Shown: positions 1-14,291 of the stretch, piece by piece
Layout: every line of letters starts with the position of its first letter
Numbering within the stretch: position 1 is the stretch's first letter
Assembly: GCA_033442325.1 (NCBI GenBank)
Contig: JAWQFM010000013.1
Span: forward strand, 290-64,289
DNA: 64,000 nt
Origin: Salpingoeca rosetta
Taxonomy: Eukaryota > Protista > Choanoflagellata
Direction of reading: 5' to 3'
Translations under genes and position numbers: made by a program
Notes under the pieces: model-generated
The model's input: the letters and a program-made list of their open reading frames with translations, nothing else
The model's database searches: none
What the model was told of the DNA's origin: nothing

Positions 1-164
1 CGCATCCAACGTGGTCATGCTGCTTGGTTTGGCACGTTGTCGTCGTTGAAATACATGTGCATCAAATCACTTGGTCATCCTCTGAACTTCAAGCATCAAC
101 CTTTGCGATTCGATGCGCTTTTAGTGTAGCATGACTCGGACGAAACAGGAGTCGTTGCGCGAAC

Positions 165-934
165 ATGGCAGAGCAGCAACATCAACAGCAACAGCTTGAA
201 GAGCAGCGTGAAGAGCAGGAAGCTGCGCCAGGCAAGGCGTCGAGGATGGACCTGTTTGATGATGACGATGACGACGATGATGTGGACTTGGATACGGACG
301 TGTCCATTGCCTCGTCTGCCTCATCTTCAGACGCTGATGACGACGATGACGACGACGGTGGCGCCTTGTCAGAGAGCGAAGACGTACGTCGTGTGAAAGT
401 AGACAAGCAAGCACATGGTGGTGATGGTAGTGGTTCAGTGGCGGTTTAGTGGTGCTCAGTTGCAGTGAGCAACGCTGCTTGTGGCCCACAGCGTTTTGTT
501 GGTGTGAATGGCTGTGCTGGCTGACGTGTGCTTCACACCCACAGCGACGAGCACCGCTGCAAGCCAACACCGCGTCATATCTCACGCCCTTTCTGCTGTG
601 CTTCATTTGCTTGAATGTGCTCGCAGGACTGGTATGCGGCACACCTGAAGGAAACGAAGCAAAACTCGCTCCTTGCGACGGCAAAGTCACAGCAAACCAA
701 CAACGGGGATGCAGACGAGACTACAGCAACATCGGAGGACCAAGCAGCGCATGAACCCAACAAACTTGTCTCGTTCTCATTGCAGGAAGCCCAAGACGGT
801 GACACAAGCAAGGACGCTGCAGCAGCACTTGGTGCCCTCTCCAGGTTGGCGGTATTCTGTGCTAAAAATGTGTGCGTGTGTGTGCATGCTTGTGTATCGT
901 GGTCGCGAGTGAAAGAGAGAGAGAGAGAGAGGGG

Positions 935-994
<60 letters not shown>

Positions 995-2482
995 CTGCGT
1001 GTGTGCGTGCGTGCGTGCGTGCACTTTGTATCATGGTCGCGAGAAAAAGAGAGTGTGTGAGTGTGTGTGAGTCCCATCACTCACCTTGTATGTTGTGATC
1101 TCGTGTGCTATTTGTCGTCCGACAGGGCTGACCAGCTCAACTTGTACCGCATGCAACAAACGCTGCGCCAACACGTCCACAAGATGCACCTCATGTGCCT
1201 GCTAGGCAACCTGGTTATTCGCAGCAGGTGTGTTGCGTCGTGCTCTGCTTGGTATGCATGGTGTGCGCGGCTGTGTCGCACTTTGCCTGCTTTTGAGGCT
1301 CAGATAGATTGTCAGACTGTCAGACTGTATGTGTAGGTGTGTTCATGTGTATCCGGCCGTTGTCTCTCCCCCCCCCCCAACACACAGCGTTGTATAAATT
1401 TGTTCCTTGAGCTGTCAACAAACTTTGTTTGCCATTGCTGTTTTCTTGATTTGATGACAGGGTGTGTGATAATGCGGACGTTCAGGCCGGTGTGCTCTCG
1501 TGTTGCCCTTCCTGGGCCCTCCGTGAACGTAAGCAGAACACATGACGCCCCACATACGCACGCACACACACACACACACACACGCACACACACACACACG
1601 CACACACGCACACACGCACACACGCACACACGCACACACGCACACACGCACACACACACACACATACGTCCCCTCACTGCCCCCAATGCATTGTTTTGTT
1701 TTGTTCCCAAGGCTGGACCAAGCAGCGTGTGAGAAAGCTGTGCACGTGGTTCGCTGCGAACATACACGCGACCACGCATCACCACCAAAGACACGAACAC
1801 GGCATGCACGAGGGTGGACTGCATCTCCACCCCGCTGGCGTATCCATCCTGCGCACAATGCAGGACCAACGCGGTCCTCCTTGGGCCGTCACATGCGCGT
1901 GCGCATCTGTATTGCGTCATGGCGGTGTGCGCGTGCGTGTGGTGTCGGCCCTGCAGCCGCTGTCAAAGAAGGTGCCCACAGCAGACTCGGTGCTTGCAAG
2001 CAAGACGAGCAGCGGCAGGCGCCGCAAGCGGGCCAAGGTGCTGCAAGAGGTGATTCGCATTGACTCTGGTGATGACGACGACGGTGGTGGAGGTGGTGGT
2101 GGTGGTGGTCACACCAAAGGACGTGATAGCCGTGGTCGTGGTGGGGCAGCTCGAGCACAATCTTCGGCCGCAAGCACTGATGCGCAGACACGACCACGCA
2201 GCACAACAACACCAACAACGGCAACGGCCACAACCACAACAGCGACATCATCATCATCATCATCATCATCATTGGTGGCCCGCCGCCAGAGAAGGAGAAG
2301 AAAGAGAGAACACGCCAGCGCCACGAGCAGCAGCAGCACTGCAACCGCGAGCAGTGGGCGGTACTGCTGGTGGCTGGAGGTGCTGTTTGGCGGGCGCGCT
2401 GCTGGATGGACACACGTCGACCCCATCGCGGGTGTCGTGGACGATGCGCAGCGTGTTGCAGCGAGGGGACGCAAGAAGCTTG
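165..2482 (+). CDS. XPC: XPC/Rad4 nucleotide-excision-repair protein, 5' part only (approx. exons 165-383, 628-845, 1126-1227, 1461-1528, 1712-2482)
   Basis: Acidic N-terminus, then [15 protein letters not shown] (XPC HKVHLLCLL motif), [17 protein letters not shown] and [17 protein letters not shown] of the Rad4 transglutaminase-like domain. GT..AG introns. No BHD exons follow. Confidence 0.8.
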
Positions 2483-2506
2483 GTGTGTACGTTTATGATG
2501 CGTGTG

Positions 2507-2611
<105 letters not shown>

Positions 2612-2710
2612 GAACTGTTGTGTTGATCGCTTGCTTGCCAATCCTTCTCAACACCCAACCACCACCACCACCACCACCACCACCACCACCATCGCCCCAA
2701 TCATCACCAG

Positions 2711-3900
2711 GCGGGAGCGGGCCCGGGTGCGGCATGACGAACGACGCGCTTGTGTCGCTGCTGCAGAGCGACGAGCGGCTGATGGCCAATCCGCTGGCGA
2801 AGGAGGGCGTTGATGAGATTGCCCTCCTCATCAAGTACTGCAAGCACTTTGCAGCCGACAAGGCGGTGCGTACCACTTCCTGGCCCGAACGACAGGGGTT
2901 GTAATTGTGTGTGTGTGTGATTGTGTGTGTGTGAATGATAGTGTGTCCCACACCACTCATCTCCTCATCTCCCACCACACCACCACCTCCACACCGTCGC
3001 CATCGCCACCACCACCATCACTAGGTGTCGTTTGACATGAGCCTTGCCCGCGGGCTGGACTACTACACGGGCGTGATCTACGAGGCCGTGCTCGTTGGGC
3101 AGCGCGTCGGCTCCGTTGCTGGCGGCGGCCGGTACGACGACCTGGTCGGCATGTTTGACAAGAAGGGCCGCAAGGTGCCCTGTGTCGGCGTCTCGCTCGG
3201 CGTCGAGCGCCTCTTCACCATCATCGAGGTGCGCTGTGTTTGTGTGTGTATGTGTGTGTTTGTGTCTGTGTTTGTGTTTGTGTTTGTGTGTGTGTGTGTG
3301 TTTTGTCTGCTGCAATGTGCAGTAGCATCGCCTCTTTCATCACACCACAACACCTGCCATTGCTGCAAAAATGGCCGTGCTGACACCGGTGTGTGCTGCT
3401 GCTGCTGTTGCTGACAACGACAGGAGCGCGAGCGCAAGGCGGCGGAGAAGAGTCTCAAGACGCGCCACACCCAAGTCCTCGTCGCAAGCGGACAGGTACA
3501 CATGTCATTGTTTTGTTGTGTGTTGTGTGTGTGTTGGGGGGGGGGGTGTTGAACGTGTGTTGTGCGTGAGAGACAAATGCGGCGCCAGCCCGCTCCACCC
3601 ATCACGCTTACCCTCCCCCACCGCAACCACGTCACCGCCACCACCAATCTGCATCAACCTGCATCAACCACCATACCACACCACACCAACCACAAACCAC
3701 ACTGCTTCCTCGTCGCCGCCAGGGCATGGTTGAGGAGCGCCTTGAGCTGTGCGCTGCGCTGTGGGCGGCCGGGTTTGCGGCGGAGACATCGTACAAGCGC
3801 AAGTCGAAGCTGCTGAATGCGTTCCAGGAGGCCGAGGAGAGCGCCATCCCCGTCGTTGTTCTCGTTGGCCCCGACGAGCTGCAGCGTGGCGTCGTTAAGG

Positions 3901-3962
<62 letters not shown>

Positions 3963-4176
3963 TGGTGTTGTGTGTGTGATTGTGGGATCTTCTGTGTTTC
4001 CTGTGTATGTGTGTGCCTTCGTGTGCGTGTGTGTATGGCTCCCTGCCTGTCATTCACCACCGCCATTGCCACCACCATCACTGCCATCATCAATGCAGGT
4101 GCGCCACACCGCAACGCGTGAGGAGGAGGAGATTGCACGCGAGGATCTCGTTGACCGGCTCAAGACCCTCCTCTAA
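2711..4176 (+). CDS. HARS: Histidyl-tRNA synthetase, C-terminal half (approx. exons 2711-2863, 3025-3228, 3424-3495, 3723-3899, 4099-4176)
   Basis: [52 protein letters not shown] (class II motif 3), and anticodon-binding domain [37 protein letters not shown]. Stop TAA at 4174-4176. Confidence 0.93.
3900..3962. repeat. (GAT)n trinucleotide microsatellite starting at a HisRS splice donor
   Basis: aag|gtgatgatgat... with about 20 units. Confidence 0.95.
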
Positions 4177-4611
4177 ACACACACACACACACATGCATGC
4201 GCAAACAAATGCACACGTGCACGCGTGTGTGTACGCGTCACCCCTGCAGCCACTGCTACGTCTTTCTCCCACCATCTAGCTTGCTTGTGTTTGCTTCGTT
4301 GAGCCCCTTTGCCTCTTCATCGTTGTCGTCGTCTGCGTTTGTGTTTCGTCTTTGCTCGTGACTCGTGCGCTGCCCTGTGGTGCTTGTTGTCCCTTCCTCT
4401 CGCTTCCTCTATTTCAGTGCCTTGTTTCGGTGCTGTTGTTGCAATGAATCCCTCCATTTTCCATTCTGACGAGAGGTAGTCATGTCATGCCACACCCAGC
4501 AACAGCAGCAGAGATGCATCTCAACAATCATGCAACACAACACAACACAATACAACACAACACAACACACACACACACACACACACACAACGAAAACCGA
4601 GCAACACCAAG

Positions 4612-4688
4612 TCACGCTGCTGGTGCGTCAGGCCCGGCGTAAACTCTGATCCATTCCTCCACAGCATCGAGCGTCGCCTCTGTCGTCC
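4612..4688 (-). CDS. Possible terminal exon of an unidentified gene truncated by the gap (TTEATLDAVEEWIRVYAGPDAPAA*)
   Basis: GC-rich, coding-like stretch ending in a stop, convergent with HisRS. No recognisable family. Confidence 0.3.
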
Positions 4689-4788
4689 NNNNNNNNNNNN
4701 NNNNNNNNNNNNNNNNNNNNNNNNNNNNNNNNNNNNNNNNNNNNNNNNNNNNNNNNNNNNNNNNNNNNNNNNNNNNNNNNNNNNNNNN
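4689..4788. other. Assembly gap (100 N)
   Basis: Run of N. Confidence 1.
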
Positions 4789-6789
4789 ATGTACTTCATC
4801 CACGCATGTGTGCGTGCCCAAAATCATTATCGTGCTCACAGCACAGTTTTCCTCCACTCATAATAGAGTGTTGCTCAAGGCACCCTCTCAAGAAGAACAA
4901 TCCACACCGCTCTCACGGCCGGATTGCCTCCTGCATGCGCAAGCTTGGTGTCATCAAGGACAGTCGCCACCTGCTATTCACAACAGACAGCGCCCACCCT
5001 CTATCAGAGATCACAGCAATTTGACCACACATACATGTGCCTTGCCGTCACTCCGCCAGCGGCTTGCAACTTGCTTCAACATCATAGACTTTTGGCTCAA
5101 CACCAGCAATCCATGCAAAGCTTTGCTTGCTCTCGCTCGCATTACTTCATCGACCCGCATGTCACAGCGGGCTGCGTCTTGCCTCCAGAGGCAACCACAG
5201 CCACACCCACAACACACAGCTGACAACGTTTTCTGTTTCACTGTGCCACATCCACGTGTGCAGCAAAGCCACTGCCGGCCATTCCCCAACACACAAACAC
5301 ATATTGGCTCATCGCTCTTCTCCCAACGCACAGCTACACACACACAAGGAAAATGCAAGCCCGTTTATGCGCACACACGTCATCTACGCGCCAGGCACAT
5401 CGCTGTGCCCAGGTCTCAATGCACCATGCGTGCAGGCTTGCTTCCTGCGTCTCGCTGCGTCACATCACACAAGAAATGTGAAATGCGAGGAGAGAAGAAC
5501 AATCAAGAGCCAACAATGCGTGTTCGTGTGAGAGACATGACAAGCGCTTCACACCGTCACACTCAGAGGAAGCTGAACAATCAGCTCGCCCTCTTTCCGC
5601 AAACACAGTCGTTGCTCGCCACAAGCGCATATGTCATGTGTTGCTTTTGCTTCTGTGTAGTGGAGATGCGTTTGCTCATGCGAGTGATCACAAGAACACA
5701 CACAGAGACACGAGCAATCGCTTGCTCGCCTCCACACATGTGCCTCATCACACCCACACAATGCTCACGCATCACATACACACACAAACATCCACACACA
5801 CACACGCCCGTGCTGTTCTCATTGCATGTGCTGTGCATGCATGTATGCTCGTGCAAGCATTGCTCACAACACACTCAAGAGTGTCGCTTCGCTTTGCCTG
5901 CACTCGCACACACACACTTCACACACACACACACGAAGAGAGAGGTCGCTCAAAACACAGCAGAACATAGACCCAAGAAGAAAGAGAAGTTGTAGCTGCA
6001 AGGGCGCAGACGCGGCTTTTCGTGCCCGCAAGCAATCCTGCTCAGCGACATTCGCCTTGCTCTCTTGCTTGCGCCTCTACTCAGCGGCTCTTTGCCTTTG
6101 TCTTCTCTTTTCCTTTTTTGTCTTGCTCATTTGCATCCTTCCCCTCATGTATGCCAATCCATCGAGCGGCAGCTGTTTGAACCACTGCTTTGTCCTCGTG
6201 CACTTTGCCTGCAGGCACCGCAATCTAGATGCAGTGATTCTGCTAGATCTAGATTTGTGACTGGATCTAGCTGCTGCGCACAGCTTCACTGCATCAAGAT
6301 TCTTCACACTGCTCACACCCCAGATTCCCCTGGCCCGTGACCAACCAATGCTTGCATGCAATGCCCTTGCTCTTGCATGCTGCAGCTGCAGTTGCACTGG
6401 TGCCTCGCGACGCAGTGTTCAGACACTACTCATCACAGTGTTCAGCTTTTTTTCATCACATGATCGCACTTTTTCTGAACCGCTTTTTGACTTCACCGCG
6501 CCAGTCTCCCTACTCCGGTGATCAAGTGAGCAAGCGAGCAAACGTCACTGCACCATGCGATGAGCTGCAGCAACAGGCGCAAGACCACGTGGCTGGCTTG
6601 CAGGCACACGTGCGCGCGAGCACACTGCGCTGTGCGCACTTCTACTTGCCTGCAGGCGCGCTGCGCTGAAGCAAGAAGGAGCAAAGCAGAGGAACTGAGG
6701 AGTAGAGCAGCGAGGATGGATTCGCTTCCATGTGATTGCACAAGAGAAAAGCAAGCAGGCAGAGAACGACGAGAAGCAGCGCAATTTCT

Positions 6790-7230
6790 TCTACATGCAT
6801 TGGATTCACTCCACAACAATCCTCTGCTCACTGTTGTGTTGCTTGCAAGCACTCACAACTTCTCCTACTTGCATTGGATTCACTCCACTACATCCGTCTA
6901 CTCCACTCACGACATCTCCTGCTTGCAATGGATTCACTCCACAATGATACCTCTACTCACTGTTGTGTTCACTCGCAAGTACTCACAACTTCTCCTGCTT
7001 GCATTGGATTCACTCCACCACATCCGTCTACTCACTCGCAAGCACTCACAACTTCTCCTGCTTGCATTGGATTCACTCCACCACATCCGTGTACTCACTC
7101 GCAACCACTCACAACTTCTCCTGCTTGCATTGGATTCACTCCACTACATCCATCTACTCGCTGCAGGCACTCGTGAGTTCGCTTGCTTGCTCTGTGCGTG
7201 TTGCTTGCAAGTACTCACAACTTCCCTTGC
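6790..7230. repeat. Minisatellite, ~6 copies of a ~55-75-bp unit (63 bp in the last copies)
   Basis: Core ACTCACAACTTCTCCTGCTTGCATTGGATTCACTCCAC is repeated with related linkers such as CACATCCGTCTACTCACTCGCAAGC. Confidence 0.9.
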
Positions 7231-10200
7231 TTCCACCTTGTTCACTTTACAACACTCCTCCACTCACTCGCCACTGCGTCACTGCATCACCCGCCATGCC
7301 TACACGCACTTGCAATCGACCCTTTATCAATCCACACCATCACTCACACACCGCTCTGTCACCCACACCCTCCTCACTCCACTCCACTCCACTTCACTCA
7401 GCAGCATCGCCTCGCTTCGTGGATTCACTCTCCAACATCACCTGCGCTTCCTCTCTCCCGCCTCCAGCAGCGATATGGTCAAGTGCGTAAGAAGCTCGCT
7501 GCATTCGCCTTCTTCTCTTCCCACTTTACCTTCTCTACGTGCATGCGTGCTACTGCTTGCAATATTTGTGCTTCTGCCTCCTTTGCTCCACCTCCAAAAT
7601 CACAACACAATCACAACACAACACATCCATGCATGTGCCGCTTTGTCCCTTTGTCTCACCCTTCACTCACTTGCGCCTTTCTCTCTTCCCTTTGTTGCAT
7701 TGTTGCTTTGCACTTGTTGCCACATGCTTCATTCACCCTCGTCTCTCCCTCTCTTCCATCCACTCACCACCACACATCACCCCTCCACGCAACATCACAC
7801 ATTCTTCACTTCACCTCACACGACAAACACCACAACACATACAACCCACTGTGTGCATTCGTGCTTCCCGACGTCCCCTTTCTTTCACCACCTTGTCACC
7901 ACAAGCCTTGTCTGTCTATTTCACCTGCGTTCCAACCACCCTGCTGTCTTGTTTCAATTATTGCCACTGCTGTTGCTGTTTCCATGTGCTTGCATACCTT
8001 CCCTTGTCCCTGTTCACTACTTTGTGCCGCCACTCCTTCCCTCGCCTTCCCTTACCTTACCTTTCCTGCCTCGTTCATGTTTCATGCTGCATGTGTTACA
8101 ACACATCACAAACCCATCAAGCCCACGCTGCCGCCTTCTTCACCATCAGCCCTGTTCACATCCACCACCACCAGTCGCTGCCACCATCATCACTCGCTTC
8201 ATCCTTTCCCCCATCCCCACGTTCGCAGCAGCTGCTGTCCTCACCTGCATGCAACACCCAATCCACAGCCACACACCCAGCTCACCACCAACCTAACCAC
8301 AACACAACAACACACACTGTGTTGACTTCACTGCAACCATCCACAACCAGCAGCATCACACGATACACACAGCTGCACATGCGTGTTGCATTGTATGTTT
8401 CCACTTCACTTCAGCAACACGACAGCAAGCGAGCACACACAGACACACGTGGCAAGAACAGGCGAGAAAGCATCCCCATATCAACTGCAAGCAACACATA
8501 CAAACACAACACAACAAGCGACAGTCCCACGCTACGCCACACCGCTTCACTCCCCCATCAGCCGCCATCATTGCCTTCAGCCAACAAAAACAACAACAGC
8601 AGCAGCAGCAGTGTGCATGCTGTGGCAAGAGAGAAGAGAGAGAAAGGGAAAGGGAGGGAGGAAGGCAGAGGGATACAAGGAGAGAGACGTGCACGCTGTC
8701 AACAACAACACAACACAGCAACACAACACAACACCGTGCAACATCACCCGCTCACGCTCCCCTCCTTCTCCAACGAGGTGCGTGGTCTATGGCAGCCCCA
8801 CGTCTTGCTTGCTTGTCCTGAGTCCCTGCTTGCTCATGTCCTTGCTTGGCTGTGTGTGCCTTGCCATGGGTTCCAACAAACAGCCTGCTCCCCTGCACAA
8901 GCGTCCATGTGTGTGTGCATGTGCGTGTGGGGGGATGACAAAGAGGGAAGAGGGAAGGGAGCAGAAGAAGAAGCAAGGGAGAGATGGGTACGTGAGCACA
9001 GACGATGGTGATGGGCGCACACGACGTGGTTGTGAACACACACACACACAATCACGCACAAGCAGCAACGCACAACAGACACAACAGACACAAACAGGGG
9101 AAACGAGAGCAGCAGTAGCGCAACACACACACACACACACACGCACCGAGGGAAGGACATCAGCCAGCCAGCGTCATCCAACACCCCTTGCATCCACTGG
9201 TCCATCCATGCAGCAGTGGTGGTGGCAGCAGAGGAGAGAAGGAAGAGAATGCCCTGCTTTGCCTGCCTTGGCTGGCTGTGTGGGGATGTGTGTCTGCACA
9301 CCCACTCACTGTGTGTCTGTGTGTGCCTGTGTGTGTCACCATACAAGCACATGTGTGTGAGACAGGGGGAAGCAAGCAGCCACCACACACACACACACAG
9401 TGTGAATCACAAGCAGACACAGCATGAACGACATGCACACAGTCACAGTCACAGTCACAATCACACACATGCAAGTGCAACGCACCGTGAGGTGGCATCA
9501 GACTGCCTGTCAGCGTGCGTGTGCGTGTGTGTTCACACTCATGTGTGTGGGTGGATACAGTCCATCATCCCTCTCTGTGTGCGTGTGAGCCACATGCATC
9601 CACGGCAGCAGGAGTGCGTGTGAGATCACAACACCCACCACAGCCACGTCCCACCTCCCTCCCTCAACACAAACACACAACCCACACGCACCCACACAGC
9701 GGCCAAACCAATTGACAGAACTCACCCAAACTCACGATGCCAGCGTGTCATGGGCCTGTGCAGCACATATGTCAGCCTCACCGACCGTGGACAACGCTTG
9801 GCATGCCTTTGGCCCTGCACACATCCATGGTGTGGTCGCTGCTGTGCGTGTTCTCTGCCTGCACCTGTGCACCATCACACCATCACCCACCACACCCCAC
9901 ACAGTCCATGGAACCAAACAAGACCATCCACAACAGAACCGCCAGTGAGTGCCCGTCACAACGCGCACCCTCTCCCTCCTCTCCACCAACCCTGCGCCAG
10001 CCACGCACACAAACAATGCAAGCCACCACCACCCACTCAAACACACGCACCTTGGTTCGCGTGTCGCCTGTCGCTTGTCGCTTGTTTATGTGTGTTGGTC
10101 TTGTTGATTCGTGTTTGGACGATTTGTGGAAGATGCCACAAATAATCGCCCACTGCTGAGTTTGTGCGGCAACTGCTGTTTGCTTTTGCTTTTGCTTGAA

Positions 10201-13200
10201 GGGCGGACTTGCTTCGCTTGCTTTGGTTGGTTGGTTTCAATGAGACAAGAAGAAGAAGAAGGAGGAGGGGAAGGGGAACAGCACTGTGATTGAATGCAAC
10301 GCAGGCTCACAGGCCTTGCAGGCTGAGGAAGGAGGGGGAGAAGAGAAAGGAGAAGGAGAAAGGGGGATGGAAAAGAAGAAACAACCAAACACACAACACA
10401 CACACAGCTGTGCACAGCATGCACCCCCTCCTCTCTCTCCTCTTCTCGCTTCTTCGCTTCCTCCTACCCCTCCCCTCCTCCTCCTCACAGTCACAACAGA
10501 CAACCAACGGCCACAAAGGGCTGGAAGAGAAAACAAACAAGGGGAGGGGGCAACAGCCACCCAGCCAGTTCGCCATGGAAGAAAGAGGCGAGGCGATGGA
10601 GGGCAAAGGAGAACACTGTCCACCAACACACACACACACACATCTATTGGGAGCCCCACGTCTTCTGTCCTTGCTTTCCCTCCATCCTTTCCTCGGCCTG
10701 GGTTGACTTGGGTTGGTTGAGGTGGCACAGCTCGCCATGGCGTGGCATGCGTGGATGTGGGTGTTGGATGTGGATGGGTTCCTCTCTCTGTGGGTGTGAA
10801 AAGGGGGTGGTGGGAAACAGTGGGAGGGGTGGCAGCAGCAGGAGAGGAAGAAGCAAGGGGAGGGCGGTGGATGTGAGCATGCCATGCATGAGTGAACAAC
10901 AACTACACACGAGGTGGAATGATGATGATGATGTGCTTGGTGTTGTGCATTGTTGTGATGGCACAAGCACACAAAGGTCAATCACAATCACACACACACA
11001 CACCTCGTCGTCGATCGACGCATCTGCTTGACATATGCGCACACGCGCACGCACATTTGCAGTCACACACACACACGCAGTCAGACATGGCATTGCAGAG
11101 TGAGACAGCGCACCACGCACACCCATACACAGCAATGCAACACAACCACCACAACCACCACCACAACGACAACATCTCTCCCCTCTCCCCATCTCCATCC
11201 CCAAAATGCACTGTCACATGACCAGGTACACAGCCGTGGTGGTGATGATGGCCATGATGAACGCCTTCCTCCAACTTCCCCTCAACCCCCTTCCACCAAA
11301 CACACGCACAGCACTGCGCGCCTTCACCTCGTGCATCGTGTCGCTGTCGGCGTGATTGATGGCGATGCACACACATGCACGCACGCACGCGCACACATCG
11401 CTGTGTTCCCAGTTGAGATGAGCAACGGAGGGAGAGAGAGACATGGGCGACACGACACGGCCAGTCAACCCCAGCCAATCCAATCCAGCATCACTGCAGT
11501 GTGTTGCCTGCTGCAGTCATCATCACAATCACAATCACAATCACACAGGTGCAAGCAAAGGAATGAGACACTGATATGTGTGTCATTGTCATGTGATACC
11601 ACCACCACACGATTTCACGTGCATGTGTACATGCACCGCCATCCCTCAACCAACATCATCGCCCTCCTATAACTTCCCTTCCCTCTCCCTCCTTTCGCTC
11701 TGCACTCCCACGTCGCCTCATCACCACCATCACCGTGATACTTCCCCCTTCCCCTGCTTCCCACCACTCCACACAACTCAGCCCACCAACCAACCAACCA
11801 ACCGCCAACGATTATCCTCACCTGTGCTTGATGCAGCGAGACAGCCAGACAGCCAATGTGCCACAGCGAAGCAGAAAAAGGGAACCGCAATCACATGCCA
11901 CGGCCACCATCGTCATTGCTGATGGAGCAGAAAGAGGAGATGAAGGGGGAAGAGTGGTGGGCACGGGCCGTGTCATTCCTTGTCTTCATCCGTGCAGCCC
12001 CAAACACGGTGCACAGCGCACATGCACACGCACGGCCATCATCACAGCACCACCACCAGCAACAACAGCGAGCTAGCTTGCCTGCGTGCCTGCCTGTGAG
12101 GCAAGAAGAAACCAACCAGAGACGAACAACGACCGGCGATGGTGAGAACACGAAAGGAGAGACACAAGGGACCACGCATGGGAACATGCAGCTTGTTGTG
12201 GGCGGGTGAACCAGATACACACAAGAAAAACGAAGCAAGCACCCAACGAGCAAGCAAGCAAACACGCGATATCATATCCACCATATCCACCACTGCAATA
12301 CCTGTGTTGGCCGCTGTCTCGATCACGCCTCAGCAGCTGCACATCACATGGGGAAGGCTGACGATGATGATGACACAGAGCAAAGGCAATTGGTTGAAAA
12401 AAGGAGGAAGGATAATCGGCTGGGGAAACTCGCACACATCCGCCTGCAGCCACGCACACATACACACGCACATGTGAGTTGTGTGATTGATTCATGTGAG
12501 ACACACGTCAGTGCAACCACCCCACAGCCAATGACTGCTCTGGTGTGTTGGCATGCATGTGTACATGCGTGCCTGTGCATGCGTACGTGTGCTACCACCC
12601 CATCACCACACGCACACACACACACACACCTACACACACACACAGCGGCAGCGTCTCACCTCGTGCCTTCTTCTCTGGCACATTTGTGTGTGCGTGTATC
12701 GCCCTGCTCGTGTCATGAGGGCTTGGGAAGAGATCGGCCACTGCCCTGTGCATATCACACACATGTACACATGCGCAAGCACAAACAACAAATCAGCAAG
12801 AAGAACACCACGCAGTGAGCCTGCATGGCAGAAACAAACCACATCCACCTCCTTTGTCACATTCACATCACCCATATCACCACCTGTGCACGCACATTTC
12901 ACATCCCTGCACACAGATACACACCACACACCATGATCACAAGCAGCACATCTGCATATGCGTCTGCGTGCGCCGTGTACATCCACCACAAGCCACTCAC
13001 CACCATCATCGTAAACGTCATGTGAGGCAACGGCACATCGACGCACATTACCCCCTGTACGTGTGCGTGTGGAGAAAGAGGTGAGTTGTCACAGAATCAG
13101 GCAGTCAACGACAACCACGTCCATTGCCAGCACCAACAGACCCACCGACATCCAACCAGCGCTTCACAATCACACACACACATATACGTGCTGGTGTTCA

Positions 13201-14224
13201 CACCCAACACATCACACGCCACCCACATCACCACAACCACTACCACTCATCTCACCTCCACTCCATGGTCGCAGCCGCTGCTGTTGGTGACCAATGACGG
13301 CGACGACGAGGAGGAGATGGACAAGATACAGAGGGCCCGTTCATCCAATTGCAGCCAGACATCAGCTGCTTCTGTTGCTGCTGCTGGTGGTGGAAACGGT
13401 GAAAACAAACGGCCCCTTGCCATGCCGTGTCCTTTGCTCGCTCGCTCGGCTGTTTGCTTGGTCGGTTGGACGGAGACGGATGCATGGCCCTGTGTCCAAA
13501 TCAATCGAAAAGGGGGAGAAGAAGAAGAGACACATGAGTGGACAGAACAGACAAGGAAAGAGGGAGGCGAAGCAGGAAACACAACGTGTCAACCAACACA
13601 CACACACACACATCTCAGTCGCCCTCTCACCCTCAGCACTCGTCATCGTCATCGTCGTTGGTTCCACCGCTTCATGTGCCTCGCCAACGCTGTGAATCGT
13701 GTGTACAGACGCACGAAGAGGAGAATGCAGGGGGGTGAGGTTGATAGCGAAGCATCATCAACCACACGCCAGCCCCATCCAACCACCCGCACTGACACAC
13801 ACAACCACACGCACGCATGTTATCCCCACTCACTACCACAACACACACACACACACACACATGCTCATCTCTTCATCAGAGCGAGTGACATGTGCAATGT
13901 CTGCCTCACGCCAGATTGGAGCTGGCGTCGACCGGAGTGTGATGGCGGCTGTGCGGTCGATGGCGATGGTGGTGGTGGCGGTGACAGCGAAGCTGAGGTG
14001 GAAGAGAGACAAAGGAGAAAGAAATGGGGAGGTTGATGATGATGATGGGGTCGTTCGTGGCGGCTGCTTTCCCCTCCTCTGACGTGGCACTGGTGCGCAT
14101 GCAACCAACACACAACGACAAGACACAACGACATCACACACAACACACAGGTATGGCATGTGAGCACAGCAAGCGTGTTCACCTTCCTGCCCCCTCTCCT
14201 TTGCTTTCCTCCTGTTCGCCCCAC

Positions 14225-14291
<67 letters not shown>

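Noticed and set aside
6790-7230. CRISPR array
   Set aside because: The linkers are homologous to each other, there are no cas genes, and the context is eukaryotic. It is a minisatellite.
6560-9360. Long overlapping ORFs of 325-578 aa
   Set aside because: Low-complexity C/A-rich sequence lacks stop codons. No domain or coding signature is visible.
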